This document shows positions 1 to 10,171 of a stretch of 64,000 nucleotides of DNA, piece after piece. The position numbers and the translations under genes were made by a program. Source of the DNA: Candidatus Hydrogenedentota bacterium (GTDB lineage: Bacteria > Hydrogenedentota > Hydrogenedentia > Hydrogenedentales > SLHB01); the NCBI GenBank assembly GCA_963668025.2, contig CAXXTH010000017.1:224001-288000 (forward strand), in the 5' to 3' direction. The notes beneath the pieces are model-generated. The model saw nothing but the letters and a program-made list of their open reading frames with translations, did not search any database and had not been told where the DNA came from. Within the stretch, counting starts at the first letter, position 1, and every line of letters begins with the position of its first letter.

Positions 1-396
1 TTCCACGAGGAGCTTGTCGCCGTCGCTGAATCCTTTTTGCACGAGGGCGGTGTAGCCGCCGATCACGTCCACGCCCACTTCCGCCGCTGCTTCATCAAGC
101 GTGCGCGCGAGTGGAAGGCATACGCTGGATGTATGCCCCTCGAGCAGGTCACTGATTTTTGAGACCGCCATGCGCTTGTTTACGATGGGAATGCCGTATT
201 TGCCGGAGACGGCATCACAGGCGCTGACGAGATTGCCCGCGGCCGCATGGATGCGGGAGCGTATCTTGCGCAGCATTTTCCCCGAATCGCTATCGGCGCA
301 GCCTAGCAAGTTAATGCCCAGCGTGACGGCGCGCACATCCAGATGCTCGGTCTGTATCATGTCGATGGTATTTAAAATATCTTCCGTGGGAATCAT
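1..396 (-). CDS. UPF0210/PFL-like (DUF711) family protein, 5' part; runs off the window
   Basis: Not in the ORF track because it is open at the edge. Manual translation gives MIPTEDILNTIDMIQTEHLDVRAVTLGINLLGC...KYGIPIVNKRM...GVDVIGGYTALVQKG, typical of UPF0210. RBS AAGGAG upstream; follows an ACT gene as usual. Confidence 0.85.
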   Translation of the reverse strand, partial: MIPTEDILNTIDMIQTEHLDVRAVTLGINLLGCADSDSGKMLRKIRSRIHAAAGNLVSACDAVSGKYGIPIVNKRMAVSKISDLLEGHTSSVCLPLARTLDEAAAEVGVDVIGGYTALVQKGFSDGDKLLVE

Positions 397-416
397 CACA
401 ACACTCCTTGCAGCGC

Positions 417-989
417 TTAGGATTGAAGGCAAGCCCGTGGGGCATGGACGGATAAGGAATTGGTGGCGATAAAGACATCTTGGTGCTGCATGGTCAGTGT
501 CATGCCAAGCGCTTCTGCTACTTGTTCGAGTTCATACCGCACATCTCCGGCGTCGGCGTGGGGCGGCAGCGTGATGCGGAATATGACGATGAACAGCCCA
601 TCGCGCACTTCGTTCCACACATCATCCAGATTAATGCCTTTTGTGGCGAAACAGCGCGTGAGGGCGCGCACGATGCCAGGCTTGTCCTCACCGGAAACCG
701 TCGCGACATAGGGTTCGCCCGCAGATGGCGGCAGTAAGGCCCCACCATTAAAAGGCAGCACGGTCGCTTGAAAATCCCCGGCTTCTTCCACGGTTTTTTT
801 GATGTCCGCAGCCGCTACTTTCTCGGGAAAGGCGGCGCAGATGATCATGGTGAACCATCCCCAGACGACGGTTTGGCTGAGGGCCTCGAGATTCGCGCCA
901 AGCCCATATAGGGCCTCGCTCACATCGGCGATGATGCCCACCCGGTCACGGGCAAGCACATTAATGGTGAATCGGTTGGGCAATTTCAC
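417..989 (-). CDS. Double ACT-domain protein (GcvR-like)
   Basis: Two ACT motifs (ARDRVGII, GEDKPGIV). GTG start at 989 after AAGGAGG. Confidence 0.8.
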   Translation of the reverse strand: MKLPNRFTINVLARDRVGIIADVSEALYGLGANLEALSQTVVWGWFTMIICAAFPEKVAAADIKKTVEEAGDFQATVLPFNGGALLPPSAGEPYVATVSGEDKPGIVRALTRCFATKGINLDDVWNEVRDGLFIVIFRITLPPHADAGDVRYELEQVAEALGMTLTMQHQDVFIATNSLSVHAPRACLQS

Positions 990-1108
990 GGCATCGGCCT
1001 CCTTTTGCGGGCAGTGTATCATAGACGGGGCAGTCCACACATCGGATTCACCGCCTCGCGTTTCCATGCATGCGGGCCATATGCTTATACGAAAAGCATG
1101 CATATTTC

Positions 1109-1144
1109 GTTACACTTTAGCCCAATGGTGAAGAACGACCGGCG
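1109..1144 (+). repeat. GTAA-type (IS66-like) MITE end, inverted relative to 2663-2698
   Basis: gttacactttagcccaatggtgaagaacgaccggcg matches the reverse complement of 2663-2698 at 31/36. Confidence 0.65.
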
Positions 1145-1409
1145 GACGATCATCTCAACCAAGAAGTTGAGCCTGCGCATTCCATGTTACACGATTATGA
1201 GGACTGCTTTTTTGAGCAAATGCGCCTGTTTATCAGAAAATAATAGGTCTTACCCGGCGATTAGGGATTTTCTTGTTTAACGATGCATCGGGCTAATGCT
1301 GTAGCTCCGAAATCAACGGGCGATGACGTGTGTTACAATGGAGAATAAAGTACGCACGAGCGCACCGCTTCGGCGGTGATATCGAGAGGAGGGCGGCGGC
1401 ATGGGCCCC

Positions 1410-1847
1410 ATGAGGACCATCGATATTCTGCGGAAGGCGGAGCAATTTCACCAGCAGCTTAGCGCCTACTATGCTAGCCTTGGCCGTGCGGCCCATCGTG
1501 AGGAAGTCAAGCAGCTTCTTGATTATATGAGCCGGCACGAACTGTATCTTGGCCATTGCATACAGGAATATGAGCGTGGCGGGTCGAAATCGGTCATGGA
1601 AGCCTGGTTCAAAATCTCACCGCAGTTTCCCATGGATAAATGGCTCAGCACGGTTGCTTTTACTCCTGAAATGACTACGGAGGAGGTGGCCGGCATTGCC
1701 ATGCAGCTTGATGCGTACTTGCTCCAGATATATGAAATGCTCATCAACAGGGCTACTTCGCAAGAATTGCGCGCTTCGCTGGCCAATTTATTGGAGATGG
1801 AGAAACGGGAAGAGATCAAAATCATGCGGAGCGCATTGACCAACTAA
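1410..1847 (+). CDS. Ferritin/rubrerythrin-like four-helix protein
   Basis: Helical ORF with YY..L, HE..L and LLEMEKRE patterns of ferritin-like folds. Start 1401 or 1410. Confidence 0.6.
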   Translation: MRTIDILRKAEQFHQQLSAYYASLGRAAHREEVKQLLDYMSRHELYLGHCIQEYERGGSKSVMEAWFKISPQFPMDKWLSTVAFTPEMTTEEVAGIAMQLDAYLLQIYEMLINRATSQELRASLANLLEMEKREEIKIMRSALTN

Positions 1848-1854
1848 AGTTTCC

Positions 1855-1881
1855 GTAACACTTTAGCCATCTGGAGCAAAA
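1855..1881 (+). repeat. GTAACACTTTAGCC MITE end, same as 17454
   Basis: gtaacactttagccatctggagcaaaa is identical at 1855 and 17454, with further similarity downstream. Confidence 0.75.
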
Positions 1882-2115
1882 GCAGTGGGCCGATTTTTGA
1901 ACCGCGAATGGACGCGATAAAGTAAATCGTGTTCTCTCTAAGTCCTTTCTCCCCAATATCTTACGCAACATCTCCCATTTACCTAAAATATTTTTGGGCA
2001 ATTCGTAGACAACTCCATTTTACATGATATTGCGCGATATCTCCATTTCCTCCTTCCAGCGTTTCCAGACAAATGAATATGCACGCATCTTACCGGAAAA
2101 AAAGGAGTCCAAGAA

Positions 2116-2514
2116 ATGAGCTATGATATCACAGCTAACATAAAGAAAAACGGCCAAACCACTTACACTGCAAGAGTGCGAAAGAATGGTGTTGCCAAAA
2201 CGGCAACTTTCAAACGGAAATCAGATTGTAATGAATGGGCGATTATGACAGAACAAAAAATACTGGAATCGATTCATCTTCCACACCGGATGATTGAAGA
2301 AGAAAAGCCAATTGAAAACCATACGCTCATTGAAGCTATCGAACGCTATAAAAAGACGGTCCTTATTCACAAAGCAAAAGCAACACAAATCGCAGCAACA
2401 CAAATCGGGGAAACTTGCCACTTGAACCATTGGATAAACTCCCTTGGAAAAGATCTCGATATTTCAAAAATCACCCCGGCACATTTGAACCAAAAACGCG
2501 ATCAAATTCTGTAA
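2116..2514 (+). pseudogene. Truncated tyrosine integrase (N-terminal arm and core-binding part only)
   Basis: YTARVRKNG..KTATFKRKSDC.EW is a phage-integrase/Rci-like N-terminus. AT-rich, strong RBS, no catalytic domain. The stop codon comes from the MITE end at 2511. Confidence 0.7.
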
Positions 2515-2698
2515 CACTTTAGCCGGCTGAAGTAGCATCTGATATTTGGCAGCCTTGTTTATTGCCTTGCGCCGGTACTGATACATTATTTTGCATCTGA
2601 AGACCGACGAGGGCGTCGGTCCCACACTTTTTAATGTAATCAAATTGTGGGACCGGAGCCCTCGCCGGTCATTCTTCACCACTTGGCTAAAGTATTAC
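2511..2698. mobile_element. 188-bp MITE with GTAA (IS66-like) inverted ends enclosing a REP-like inverted pair
   Basis: Ends gtaacactttagcc and ggctaaagtattac. Internal gagggcgtcggtcccaca / tgtgggaccggagccctc. No intact target duplication. Confidence 0.65.
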
Positions 2699-2743
2699 AA
2701 AAATAGAATCCGTCAGATAGCATAAGGCCGCAAAGACAACGTT

Positions 2744-3832
2744 TCACCTCAAGTTCGTTGGCAGGGGAAGCGGGAACGCGGCTTCGTCCTTGTGCTTGCG
2801 AAAATCAGCAGGAGTGACGCCCGTGGCGCGCTTGAAGCTATGGATGAAATGGGCCGTATCGGAAAAACCTAGATTATGCGCGATCTCCGTAACGCTCTGC
2901 CCTTCTTCCGCCAGCAAGCGCTTGGCGTGTTGGATGCGCCGCCGCTGGTAATAGTCCGTCATGCTTGCCCCTGTCGCGGCCTTGAATGCCTTCGAGATAG
3001 TTTTATAGCACATTCCAGACTCATGCACTAGCAAGTCCATTTTAAGCGCGTTCCCGCTCTCGATGGCTTGTTCAATGATAGACGCGATTTTCCACACTTC
3101 CTTCGGCAGAAATGAGTCCGCCCTTCCATGCCCGTGTATGAAGTTCTGGTTGGCCACAACAATCATCTTGAGAAAGCAAGCAAATAGATAGGTGAGAGAT
3201 GGCTCCCTGTTCAAGGATTCTTTAACCATCGAATCGAATTCATGTTCACATTGTTGGGTTTCAGGCTCATTTAAATGTAAAGTCCATATTCCTTTATCCG
3301 CAGGCAATCCAAAAAGCGAAGAAGACAATAACTGGGTAATCAAACCCTTTTCATTCCATAATGCTTTGAGTGCATACGTGAACCATTGCGGCTGCACAAG
3401 CGCCTCGGTAAGGTAGAGCCCGTAGACGGGACGATAAGCATGCGCCATGCCCGGCGCAAGAATCAGCATGTCTCCGCGCCTTAACGGCGTCTCGCCGTAA
3501 AGCGTGACATGAAGGTTGTCGCTCGATTTGTGAATCAGCACAAATTCGTAGAACTCGTGCGAGTGAAGCGGAACTTCTCTCGCTCTCCCTGTTGAATTCA
3601 GAAACCAGACTAACACCCGCCATCCATCATCAAGCACCGGATCATCACCGGCGGCGATGGTCTGGCCTGTAGTGTCCCAATGCATGGATTTCACTCGAAA
3701 CGGCCGGCTTGTTCGAAGCTGAACATCAGCATTCGACGTGCAAACGATATCCTGAGAGTAATGGGCTTTTTCTTCCAACGATTCTTCCCTCTCAATACAA
3801 TACGCTTTAATCCTTTTTATCATAATATACAT
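2744..3832 (-). CDS. AraC-family transcriptional regulator (cupin + HTH)
   Basis: PLHSHEFYEF cupin motif and C-terminal SVTEIAHNLGFSDTAHFIHSFKRATGVTPADFR. Start uncertain. Confidence 0.9.
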   Translation of the reverse strand: MYIMIKRIKAYCIEREESLEEKAHYSQDIVCTSNADVQLRTSRPFRVKSMHWDTTGQTIAAGDDPVLDDGWRVLVWFLNSTGRAREVPLHSHEFYEFVLIHKSSDNLHVTLYGETPLRRGDMLILAPGMAHAYRPVYGLYLTEALVQPQWFTYALKALWNEKGLITQLLSSSLFGLPADKGIWTLHLNEPETQQCEHEFDSMVKESLNREPSLTYLFACFLKMIVVANQNFIHGHGRADSFLPKEVWKIASIIEQAIESGNALKMDLLVHESGMCYKTISKAFKAATGASMTDYYQRRRIQHAKRLLAEEGQSVTEIAHNLGFSDTAHFIHSFKRATGVTPADFRKHKDEAAFPLPLPTNLR

Positions 3833-3952
3833 TTACACACACGGCCCCGCAAGGGATTTTGCGGCAAAATCAACCCCATTAACAAGGCTCAGGAGGATCG
3901 CGGCCCGCGTAACAAACGTCTACTATTACAGCCAACTTTGGAGGATGAACTA

Positions 3953-6079
3953 ATGAACAATGCACAAAATGTTAAATGGCGCTCTGGATGGGCAATGGCA
4001 GTAGTGGCGGCAGCCATAACGTGGTGTGGTCTGGGGCATACGCTGACGCTTAGTGAATATGCGGTTTCAAGCCAGTATACCGGCTGGGAAGGTTCGAAGG
4101 TCAAAGATGGGCTGACTGGCTGGGGCAATTGCTGGTCAAGCGGCCTGCACGGAGGGGAAAACTACACGGAGTGGGTAGTCGTTAAAGTGGCGAACACTGC
4201 CTCGGGTGAAAATCATGCCGTCTCCAGTATTACGCTCACGCCGCGGCCCGATGGCCACTGCTTCCCGAAAGATTTTCGGATTGATTACACGACCGATCTG
4301 GGAAACACTTGGTACACGATTCCATCCATGCAATTCACCAATTACACCACTCCCACCAGCGACACGCCGATCACGTTCTCGTTTGACACCATAAGCGCGT
4401 ACTTCATCCGCATCTACGCCACGAAAATAACGACGGACGGCGTCGGCAATTGGGCGTTCCAACTGGGGGAAATCGCGGTGAATGGCCAGGACAAAATGTG
4501 GCCGTTCCACACCTCCCTTTCGGATAGCCCGAATTCAACGTATGACTACTCGCATTATATGGACGCCGACGTAAACAACATGTTCAGTGTTTATGGCATT
4601 GCCTACAATGAAACGGGGAGCACATTCGATGCATGGACCCCAAACACATGCGGCGTCTTCTACTGGGGCGAAGCCGTGGCGTCGGCCAACCATGTCCTTG
4701 CGGACAAAGCGGCTTGGCTGGATCATTGGTGGACATCGGGCATTGTACAAGACCATGTCCGCGATATGATCAATTTCCGCGACACCGATGGTTATGTCTG
4801 GATGTCTGAGAGCCAGGCGGACTATATGGGCGAAGGGTATCACTTCGACCAAAACGACAAAGCCTTAATGGGCGTCTCGGCGTTAAATTGTTGGGACGGA
4901 AATCTGACGTGGCTCAATACCAATATCGGAACGCTGCGCACGATCATGAACTACCAGCTCAACCAGTTGCAGGGCGCAAATGGGCTGCTCATCATTAATG
5001 ATCCCTACCGTCCATCCGCCAGCGAACCGGATAACAACGGGCGGTTTTTCAACCCCAGTAATCAGATCTTGGGCGGCGAGGCAAGCAATTACTGGGACGG
5101 CTGGCCTTTTGGCTACTTGAGTGCGCTCGATAATGTGTATTTCTACGCCTCGTTGCTGGCCATGGAAAAGCTGGAGCTCCAGCTCGGTAACACCGCGAAC
5201 GCTGCTTACTATGCCAATCTTGCCGCTACCGTGAAAACCAACTTCAATAACACCTTTTGGGATACCACGAAATTGCGGTACATCGGCTGCATTGACATTG
5301 ATGGCGTATCACATGACTATGGCTTTACATTCTTGAATCTCGAAGCCTTGTATTACGGCCTAGGCGACCAAACGAAAGCGGATTATATCTTTAGCTGGCT
5401 GGATGGCTCCCGCACGATCTCGGGCGACACTTCGACTGGCTCGGATATCTATACCCATGTGTGGGCGCCGCGCAGCAACACCAAATCCGCCGAATCCGTC
5501 TCGTTAGGCGGCAATTATTGGTGGTATTCCAACGACAACGCCTATAACACCTGCGCCGGTACAAACGCTCCATGCACATGGGGAAATTACCATGAGAACG
5601 GCGGGGCCATTTTCTATGTGTCGTTCTATGACATCATGTCCCGCATCAAGTACAAAGGCGCGGACAACGCATACAGCCGCCTCCGGGCGATTACCGATCA
5701 GTTCCACACCGACCAGCTCCGGCGCGACCCGGACAACAACGTAGGCTTGAACTGGAAATATGGCATTTCCGGCGAATATCCCGAATCCGGACTGGTGCCC
5801 TGCGTCTATCTGTACGGCTTCATCGGCGTATCAGTGGATGCAACCCAAATGACCGTGAAACCGGCCTTGCCCACGGGCTACACCTATATGATGGCGCAAA
5901 GCATCAAGTATCGAGGCACGGTCTTGGAGATCACGTCCTATAGCAACCAGGTGCGCATTCGCTGCACGAGCAACACCGTCGGACGCACCTTTGACTTCGA
6001 AGGCGAATCCGTCAGCGGTGCGTTTGACAAAACCAAATCGCTTTCAGGCGGCGATGTCAATCTGATTCCGACCAACTGA
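3953..6079 (+). CDS. Secreted glycoside hydrolase-like protein: discoidin/F5-8C domain plus six-hairpin (alpha/alpha)6 domain
   Basis: GGAGG RBS and signal peptide. LTPR...FPKDFRIDY discoidin motif. NYWD, NVYFYASL..M..LE..LG....A..Y...A..VK..FN..FWD six-hairpin glycosidase pattern. Confidence 0.7.
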   Translation: MNNAQNVKWRSGWAMAVVAAAITWCGLGHTLTLSEYAVSSQYTGWEGSKVKDGLTGWGNCWSSGLHGGENYTEWVVVKVANTASGENHAVSSITLTPRPDGHCFPKDFRIDYTTDLGNTWYTIPSMQFTNYTTPTSDTPITFSFDTISAYFIRIYATKITTDGVGNWAFQLGEIAVNGQDKMWPFHTSLSDSPNSTYDYSHYMDADVNNMFSVYGIAYNETGSTFDAWTPNTCGVFYWGEAVASANHVLADKAAWLDHWWTSGIVQDHVRDMINFRDTDGYVWMSESQADYMGEGYHFDQNDKALMGVSALNCWDGNLTWLNTNIGTLRTIMNYQLNQLQGANGLLIINDPYRPSASEPDNNGRFFNPSNQILGGEASNYWDGWPFGYLSALDNVYFYASLLAMEKLELQLGNTANAAYYANLAATVKTNFNNTFWDTTKLRYIGCIDIDGVSHDYGFTFLNLEALYYGLGDQTKADYIFSWLDGSRTISGDTSTGSDIYTHVWAPRSNTKSAESVSLGGNYWWYSNDNAYNTCAGTNAPCTWGNYHENGGAIFYVSFYDIMSRIKYKGADNAYSRLRAITDQFHTDQLRRDPDNNVGLNWKYGISGEYPESGLVPCVYLYGFIGVSVDATQMTVKPALPTGYTYMMAQSIKYRGTVLEITSYSNQVRIRCTSNTVGRTFDFEGESVSGAFDKTKSLSGGDVNLIPTN

Positions 6080-6166
6080 GAGACATTCCTATGCGTAATG
6101 CCCTGGCCCAATCCTGCTTGGGCCAGGGCAGGCATTATGGGCAAGCACGGAGCCATCGCTCTCAAC

Positions 6167-7258
6167 TCAATCCACCAGCGCCAGGCCAATCTCGTTATTC
6201 AGCTCGAAGCCTTTCCTTGTGGGCTTCATATAATCCCCATCCTCGATTAGCAGGCCGCGTTGGCATAAGACATCCAGCTTCGCGCCAAACTCCTGTTCCG
6301 GCAGTGCGCCAAAGCGTTTGGAAAAATCGGCCTTGGATATCCCCGCCGCCAGGCGAAAATGCTGGATGAGCGTCTCGACTTGAATCTCCTTCGGTGTAAG
6401 CGCCAGGGATTCTGCTTTAGCGCCAGGCTGCGCAAGATAGGCCTCAATATCCGGCGCGTTGCGCATACGCGCGCCGCCGATGAATGCATACGCCCCCGGG
6501 CCAAATCCCGCATATTCGCCGTTATGCCAATAAATGAGGTTATGCGCGCAGGCATAGCCAGGCTGCGTGAAATTAGATATTTCATAATGTGCGTACCCAT
6601 CCAGCAAGGCGTCCGCTAGGCGGTACATATCGAGCGAAACATCGTCATCCGCCGCCTCATGTTTCCGCATCGCGAAGCGAGTGCCCTCCTCATACGTAAG
6701 TGAATACGCCGACACATGGCGCGGGGCGCGCGCGGCGGCTTCGGCCAGTGTGTGCTCCCACGCCTCGATGGGAGGCGCGCCGTAGATCATATCCATGCTC
6801 CAATTATCGAAACGCGACGCAATAATGTCGCAAGCGCGCCGTGCGCCATCCGCATCATGCCGCCTGCCCAGGTAACGCAGCACGCCATCATCAAAACTCT
6901 GGACGCCCAGGCTTACGCGGTTGATCCCAAGAGCGCGCCACGCGTCCGCCAATGCGGGCGTGACATCATCGGGATTCGCTTCAAGCGTGGTCTCGGGATG
7001 CGCCGTAGCGAAACGGAAACGCCGATGCAGCGCCGCCAAAATCTGTTCCAAGGCGCTTGGCCGCAGCAGCGAGGGCGTGCCGCCGCCGAAGAAGATCGTT
7101 TGGGCGGCACCCGGCCCTTCGCATCCGGAGATTTCACGGCATAAGACATCTACGAACGTTTGCGGGACATCGCCGTCAATGGGACAGCTTACAAAGTCGC
7201 AATACGGGCATCGCGTGCGGCAATAGGGAATGTGGATATATAAGCCTAACGATTCCAT
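6167..7258 (-). CDS. hemW: Radical SAM heme chaperone HemW (HemN-like)
   Basis: YIHIPYCRTRCPYCDF, FGGGTPS, EANP, SLGVQSF, YEISNF, HNLIYW. Lies downstream of lepA. Confidence 0.9.
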   Translation of the reverse strand: MESLGLYIHIPYCRTRCPYCDFVSCPIDGDVPQTFVDVLCREISGCEGPGAAQTIFFGGGTPSLLRPSALEQILAALHRRFRFATAHPETTLEANPDDVTPALADAWRALGINRVSLGVQSFDDGVLRYLGRRHDADGARRACDIIASRFDNWSMDMIYGAPPIEAWEHTLAEAAARAPRHVSAYSLTYEEGTRFAMRKHEAADDDVSLDMYRLADALLDGYAHYEISNFTQPGYACAHNLIYWHNGEYAGFGPGAYAFIGGARMRNAPDIEAYLAQPGAKAESLALTPKEIQVETLIQHFRLAAGISKADFSKRFGALPEQEFGAKLDVLCQRGLLIEDGDYMKPTRKGFELNNEIGLALVD

Positions 7259-7289
7259 GATGATCTCGCATCGAGATACGGATTTTGGA

Positions 7290-7342
7290 CCACTAAATAC
7301 ACCAAATACACTAAAATTTGTAGGGTGGGGCTTGCCCCACCG
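7290..7342 (+). repeat. 9-mer tandem repeat (cactaaata/caccaaata) followed by a GTAG-type REP palindrome
   Basis: ccactaaatacaccaaatacactaaa then gtagggtggggcttgccccacc. A similar REP is at 53361. Confidence 0.6.
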
Positions 7343-7570
7343 ATCAGGGCGGTGCGCCCCCACAACGGCACACGAAAAACGAATACCGTATATAGTGGCA
7401 TATCTAGGCTCGTTACATGGCGTTTTGCTTGAGCCTTACTCATCGCATGTGCGAGAAGCCCATGCTACGGGAGTTAAAAACTATTGGCGTTCATTCGCGT
7501 CCATTCGCGGTCAAAAAAGCAGGCCATTTGATTGCGGCCATGCCGCATTGTGTATGTCGTGGTCGTAAAT

Positions 7571-8905
7571 CTACCGCAGCCAGCGCGGGATGGGCCACCA
7601 TGCGCCTTGCACGGGACCGATTAGGTTCTGTTTCGGCGTCCAGCCCAGGGCGCGGCCATCGGGGCCTGCTTCGAGCGTATCGGCCAGGATGAAATAACAC
7701 CCTTCCGGCGCCTCGCTGTATTCACGGCTCTTCGAGCGGGCGTAGGGGCCTGCCTCGTTGGAGGCGGGATACACACGCCCAGCCAGCGGCGCATCCTTCA
7801 CCGGCTCGCCATTGATGGTTAAGCGGCCTTCGTCGAGAAACACCTTCTCGCCTGGCAGCCCCGCGATGCGGCCCAACAGAAAGGCCCTTTCTTTCTCATC
7901 CTTGTCTTCCGCCAGATATAGGACCAATTCGCCCCGGCGCGGCGGACGGCCCGCCGTGAAGCGCCGTCCCGTGAAGGGAATCGGAATTCCATACGCGGCG
8001 CGATGGATGAAGAGATGCTCTTTCGAGCGCAGCGCGGCATCAGGCGAAGGACTTGGCACACGCCAGGAACGCCCGAAAAACAAGCGCCAAATGGTGAGCG
8101 CCGCCGCCATGGCCACAATCACACGCCACCACCAGGTATCCGAAAAACCCGTAAAATCGCGCCAGCGTGTGGGCGGCCACCAGATGCTGAATACCCGGCC
8201 GACAATATGATCGCCCGGCAGCCAGCCCCATACCCGGCCATCGCGGCTGCGTGCGCTGTTATCGCCCAGAACCAAATAGTGGTCCGGCGGCACGATGGAA
8301 TACATATCACTGTCGATGACGCCGTACCGCATATCCGTGAAGCCCGGCATCGGGGAAGTATATTGAACGGGCGGCATGCCGGGCGGCAATTCCAGGGGCT
8401 CGCCATTTACATACACTTTGCCATTCGCGATATGGATGCGCTCGCCGGGCATGCCAACGATGCGTTTGACGAGCGTGTCGGCTTTAGTGTCCTTTTCCAC
8501 CGTTTTGAACACCACGATATCCCATCGCTGCGGCGCTTTCAGCCGGAAAATACGGTTCTCCGTGTAATGGATGGTATAATGGGTGAATGGGATGCGGAAG
8601 TCGTTGAGAGGCCAGCGCAGGCCGTAAATCCATTTGTTGACGAACACGCGGTCGCCCTGCCCCAAGCCTGGCGCGCCATGCAGCGTCGGCTCCATCGAGC
8701 CGGAGGGGATTTTGTACGGTTCAGCGATAGCCCAGCGGATCACGAGCGCCAGGCCGCCCGCGATGAGCAGCGTGCGCCCCCACTCGAGCAGCGAGGCCTT
8801 GCCCAGGCCTATGGCTTCGGCGAATCCCCAAAAACCGCCCATTTCCGTAGGCATCGGGGCGGATTTTCGGTTGTTTTTCTTTGATGGTTTGTTGGTCTGG
8901 GCCAT
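7571..8905 (-). CDS. lepB: Signal peptidase I with a second, degenerate S26 domain
   Basis: IPSGSMEPTL, LVKRIVG, GDNS..SRDGR in domain 1. Domain 2 has VPSPSPD and LLGRIAGLPG. Confidence 0.9.
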   Translation of the reverse strand: MAQTNKPSKKNNRKSAPMPTEMGGFWGFAEAIGLGKASLLEWGRTLLIAGGLALVIRWAIAEPYKIPSGSMEPTLHGAPGLGQGDRVFVNKWIYGLRWPLNDFRIPFTHYTIHYTENRIFRLKAPQRWDIVVFKTVEKDTKADTLVKRIVGMPGERIHIANGKVYVNGEPLELPPGMPPVQYTSPMPGFTDMRYGVIDSDMYSIVPPDHYLVLGDNSARSRDGRVWGWLPGDHIVGRVFSIWWPPTRWRDFTGFSDTWWWRVIVAMAAALTIWRLFFGRSWRVPSPSPDAALRSKEHLFIHRAAYGIPIPFTGRRFTAGRPPRRGELVLYLAEDKDEKERAFLLGRIAGLPGEKVFLDEGRLTINGEPVKDAPLAGRVYPASNEAGPYARSKSREYSEAPEGCYFILADTLEAGPDGRALGWTPKQNLIGPVQGAWWPIPRWLR

Positions 8906-8993
8906 AGTAAACCTCATCTGGAGTTTGCACCTTGCGAAAGACACCGCGTATACAACCTGCCCTCCGCTTATTGTTCATCCAGCCCGGCTTCCA

Positions 8994-9059
8994 CGTCATC
9001 TCCCCGAAAGTGGAGTTCCAGAGGAAACGCCCTGGATTCCCGCGTTCGCGGGAATGACG
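8994..9059. repeat. dRS3-like palindromic repeat (ATTCCC-N8-GGGAAT)
   Basis: attcccgcgttcgcgggaat at 9036-9055, within cgtcat...atgacg ends. Confidence 0.6.
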
Positions 9060-9082
9060 CAGCGATAGTCGCAACTGTTCTT

Positions 9083-10168
9083 TCAACTCGAGGCGGAGCG
9101 CTTGAGTCTGCGCAGCAAGTGCTTGCTCGGTTCGTACAAGAAAAAAGCAACAGGAATGCCATACAACAGCAGCATGCCCCACCAGGTATCCGAGAAGCCT
9201 GTAAAATCCCGCCAGCGCGGAATGGGCCACCATATGGCGAAAGCCCGGCCCAAAATATTTGCATTTGGCACCCAGCCGAACGCACGCCCATCGCGGCTTT
9301 CCTCGCTGTTATCTCCGAGCAGCAAATAATGGTCCAGCGGCACGAGGCTGTATTCGTCGTCCGTCCGGACGCCATACCGCATGAGCCCCATCCGCGCATA
9401 TTCCTCATCCACCAGAAGCCGCATGACATCCATGGATGACGCCGCAAAGGTGCTGGTGAGAGTCTGGGCTTCCGCATCGGAGATGCTGGCGAGTTCCCGT
9501 CCGAGGATTTTTTCCCGCAACGCGGCAAGCTCCTCCATCAGGCGTCGCTGCGCTAGGTCCCGGGAATTGAGTACCTTCGTGTAGCGCCCCGATTGGGCCA
9601 ATTGCAGAATAGCCGTGCGGACGACCTTGTCCGTAGGCACCGTGGTGTAGTGGAGGATGCCGCGCAATTCCTCCGGCGGCTCCACGGGCGCGCCGTTAAT
9701 GAAGATCTTTCCATCTTCGATATGCACCCGTTCGCCAGGCAAGCCCACGACGCGTTTGATTAATGTTTCACCGGCATTATCGTCTTCCGTGGAGCGAAAG
9801 ACGACGATGTCCCAGCGTTGAGGTTCCGCGCCACGGAAGATGCGCGCACCCGCATACCGGATCACATGCTTTGTGAATGGAACGCGCATCTCGTCAAACG
9901 GGAACCGCAAGCCATATATCCACTTATTGACGGACACCCGGTCGCCGCGAAAGAACCCCGGATCGCCATGAAGCGTAGGCTCCATCGAGCCGGAAGGAAT
10001 GACGAATTGATCGATGCCCGCCCAGCGGATGGCAAACACGAGAATAAGAATAAACGCCCAACTGCGTGCGTTGGCCCATGTCGCGGGGCCTAAAAAAAAA
10101 TACGCCAGCCTGCGCAGTGCACCTGCTGTTTTTTGGGGCGCACGTTCTTCATTCGGCTGGCTGTTCAA
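9083..10168 (-). CDS. lepB: Signal peptidase I with a helical insertion
   Basis: IPSGSMEPTL, LIKRVVGLPG, GDNSEESRDGR. Directly follows lepA. Confidence 0.9.
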   Translation of the reverse strand: MNSQPNEERAPQKTAGALRRLAYFFLGPATWANARSWAFILILVFAIRWAGIDQFVIPSGSMEPTLHGDPGFFRGDRVSVNKWIYGLRFPFDEMRVPFTKHVIRYAGARIFRGAEPQRWDIVVFRSTEDDNAGETLIKRVVGLPGERVHIEDGKIFINGAPVEPPEELRGILHYTTVPTDKVVRTAILQLAQSGRYTKVLNSRDLAQRRLMEELAALREKILGRELASISDAEAQTLTSTFAASSMDVMRLLVDEEYARMGLMRYGVRTDDEYSLVPLDHYLLLGDNSEESRDGRAFGWVPNANILGRAFAIWWPIPRWRDFTGFSDTWWGMLLLYGIPVAFFLYEPSKHLLRRLKRSASS

Positions 10169-10171
10169 AAT

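Noticed and set aside
3680-3952. Overlap of the glycosidase and AraC ORFs
   Set aside because: RBS and signal peptide support a start at 3953, which removes the overlap.
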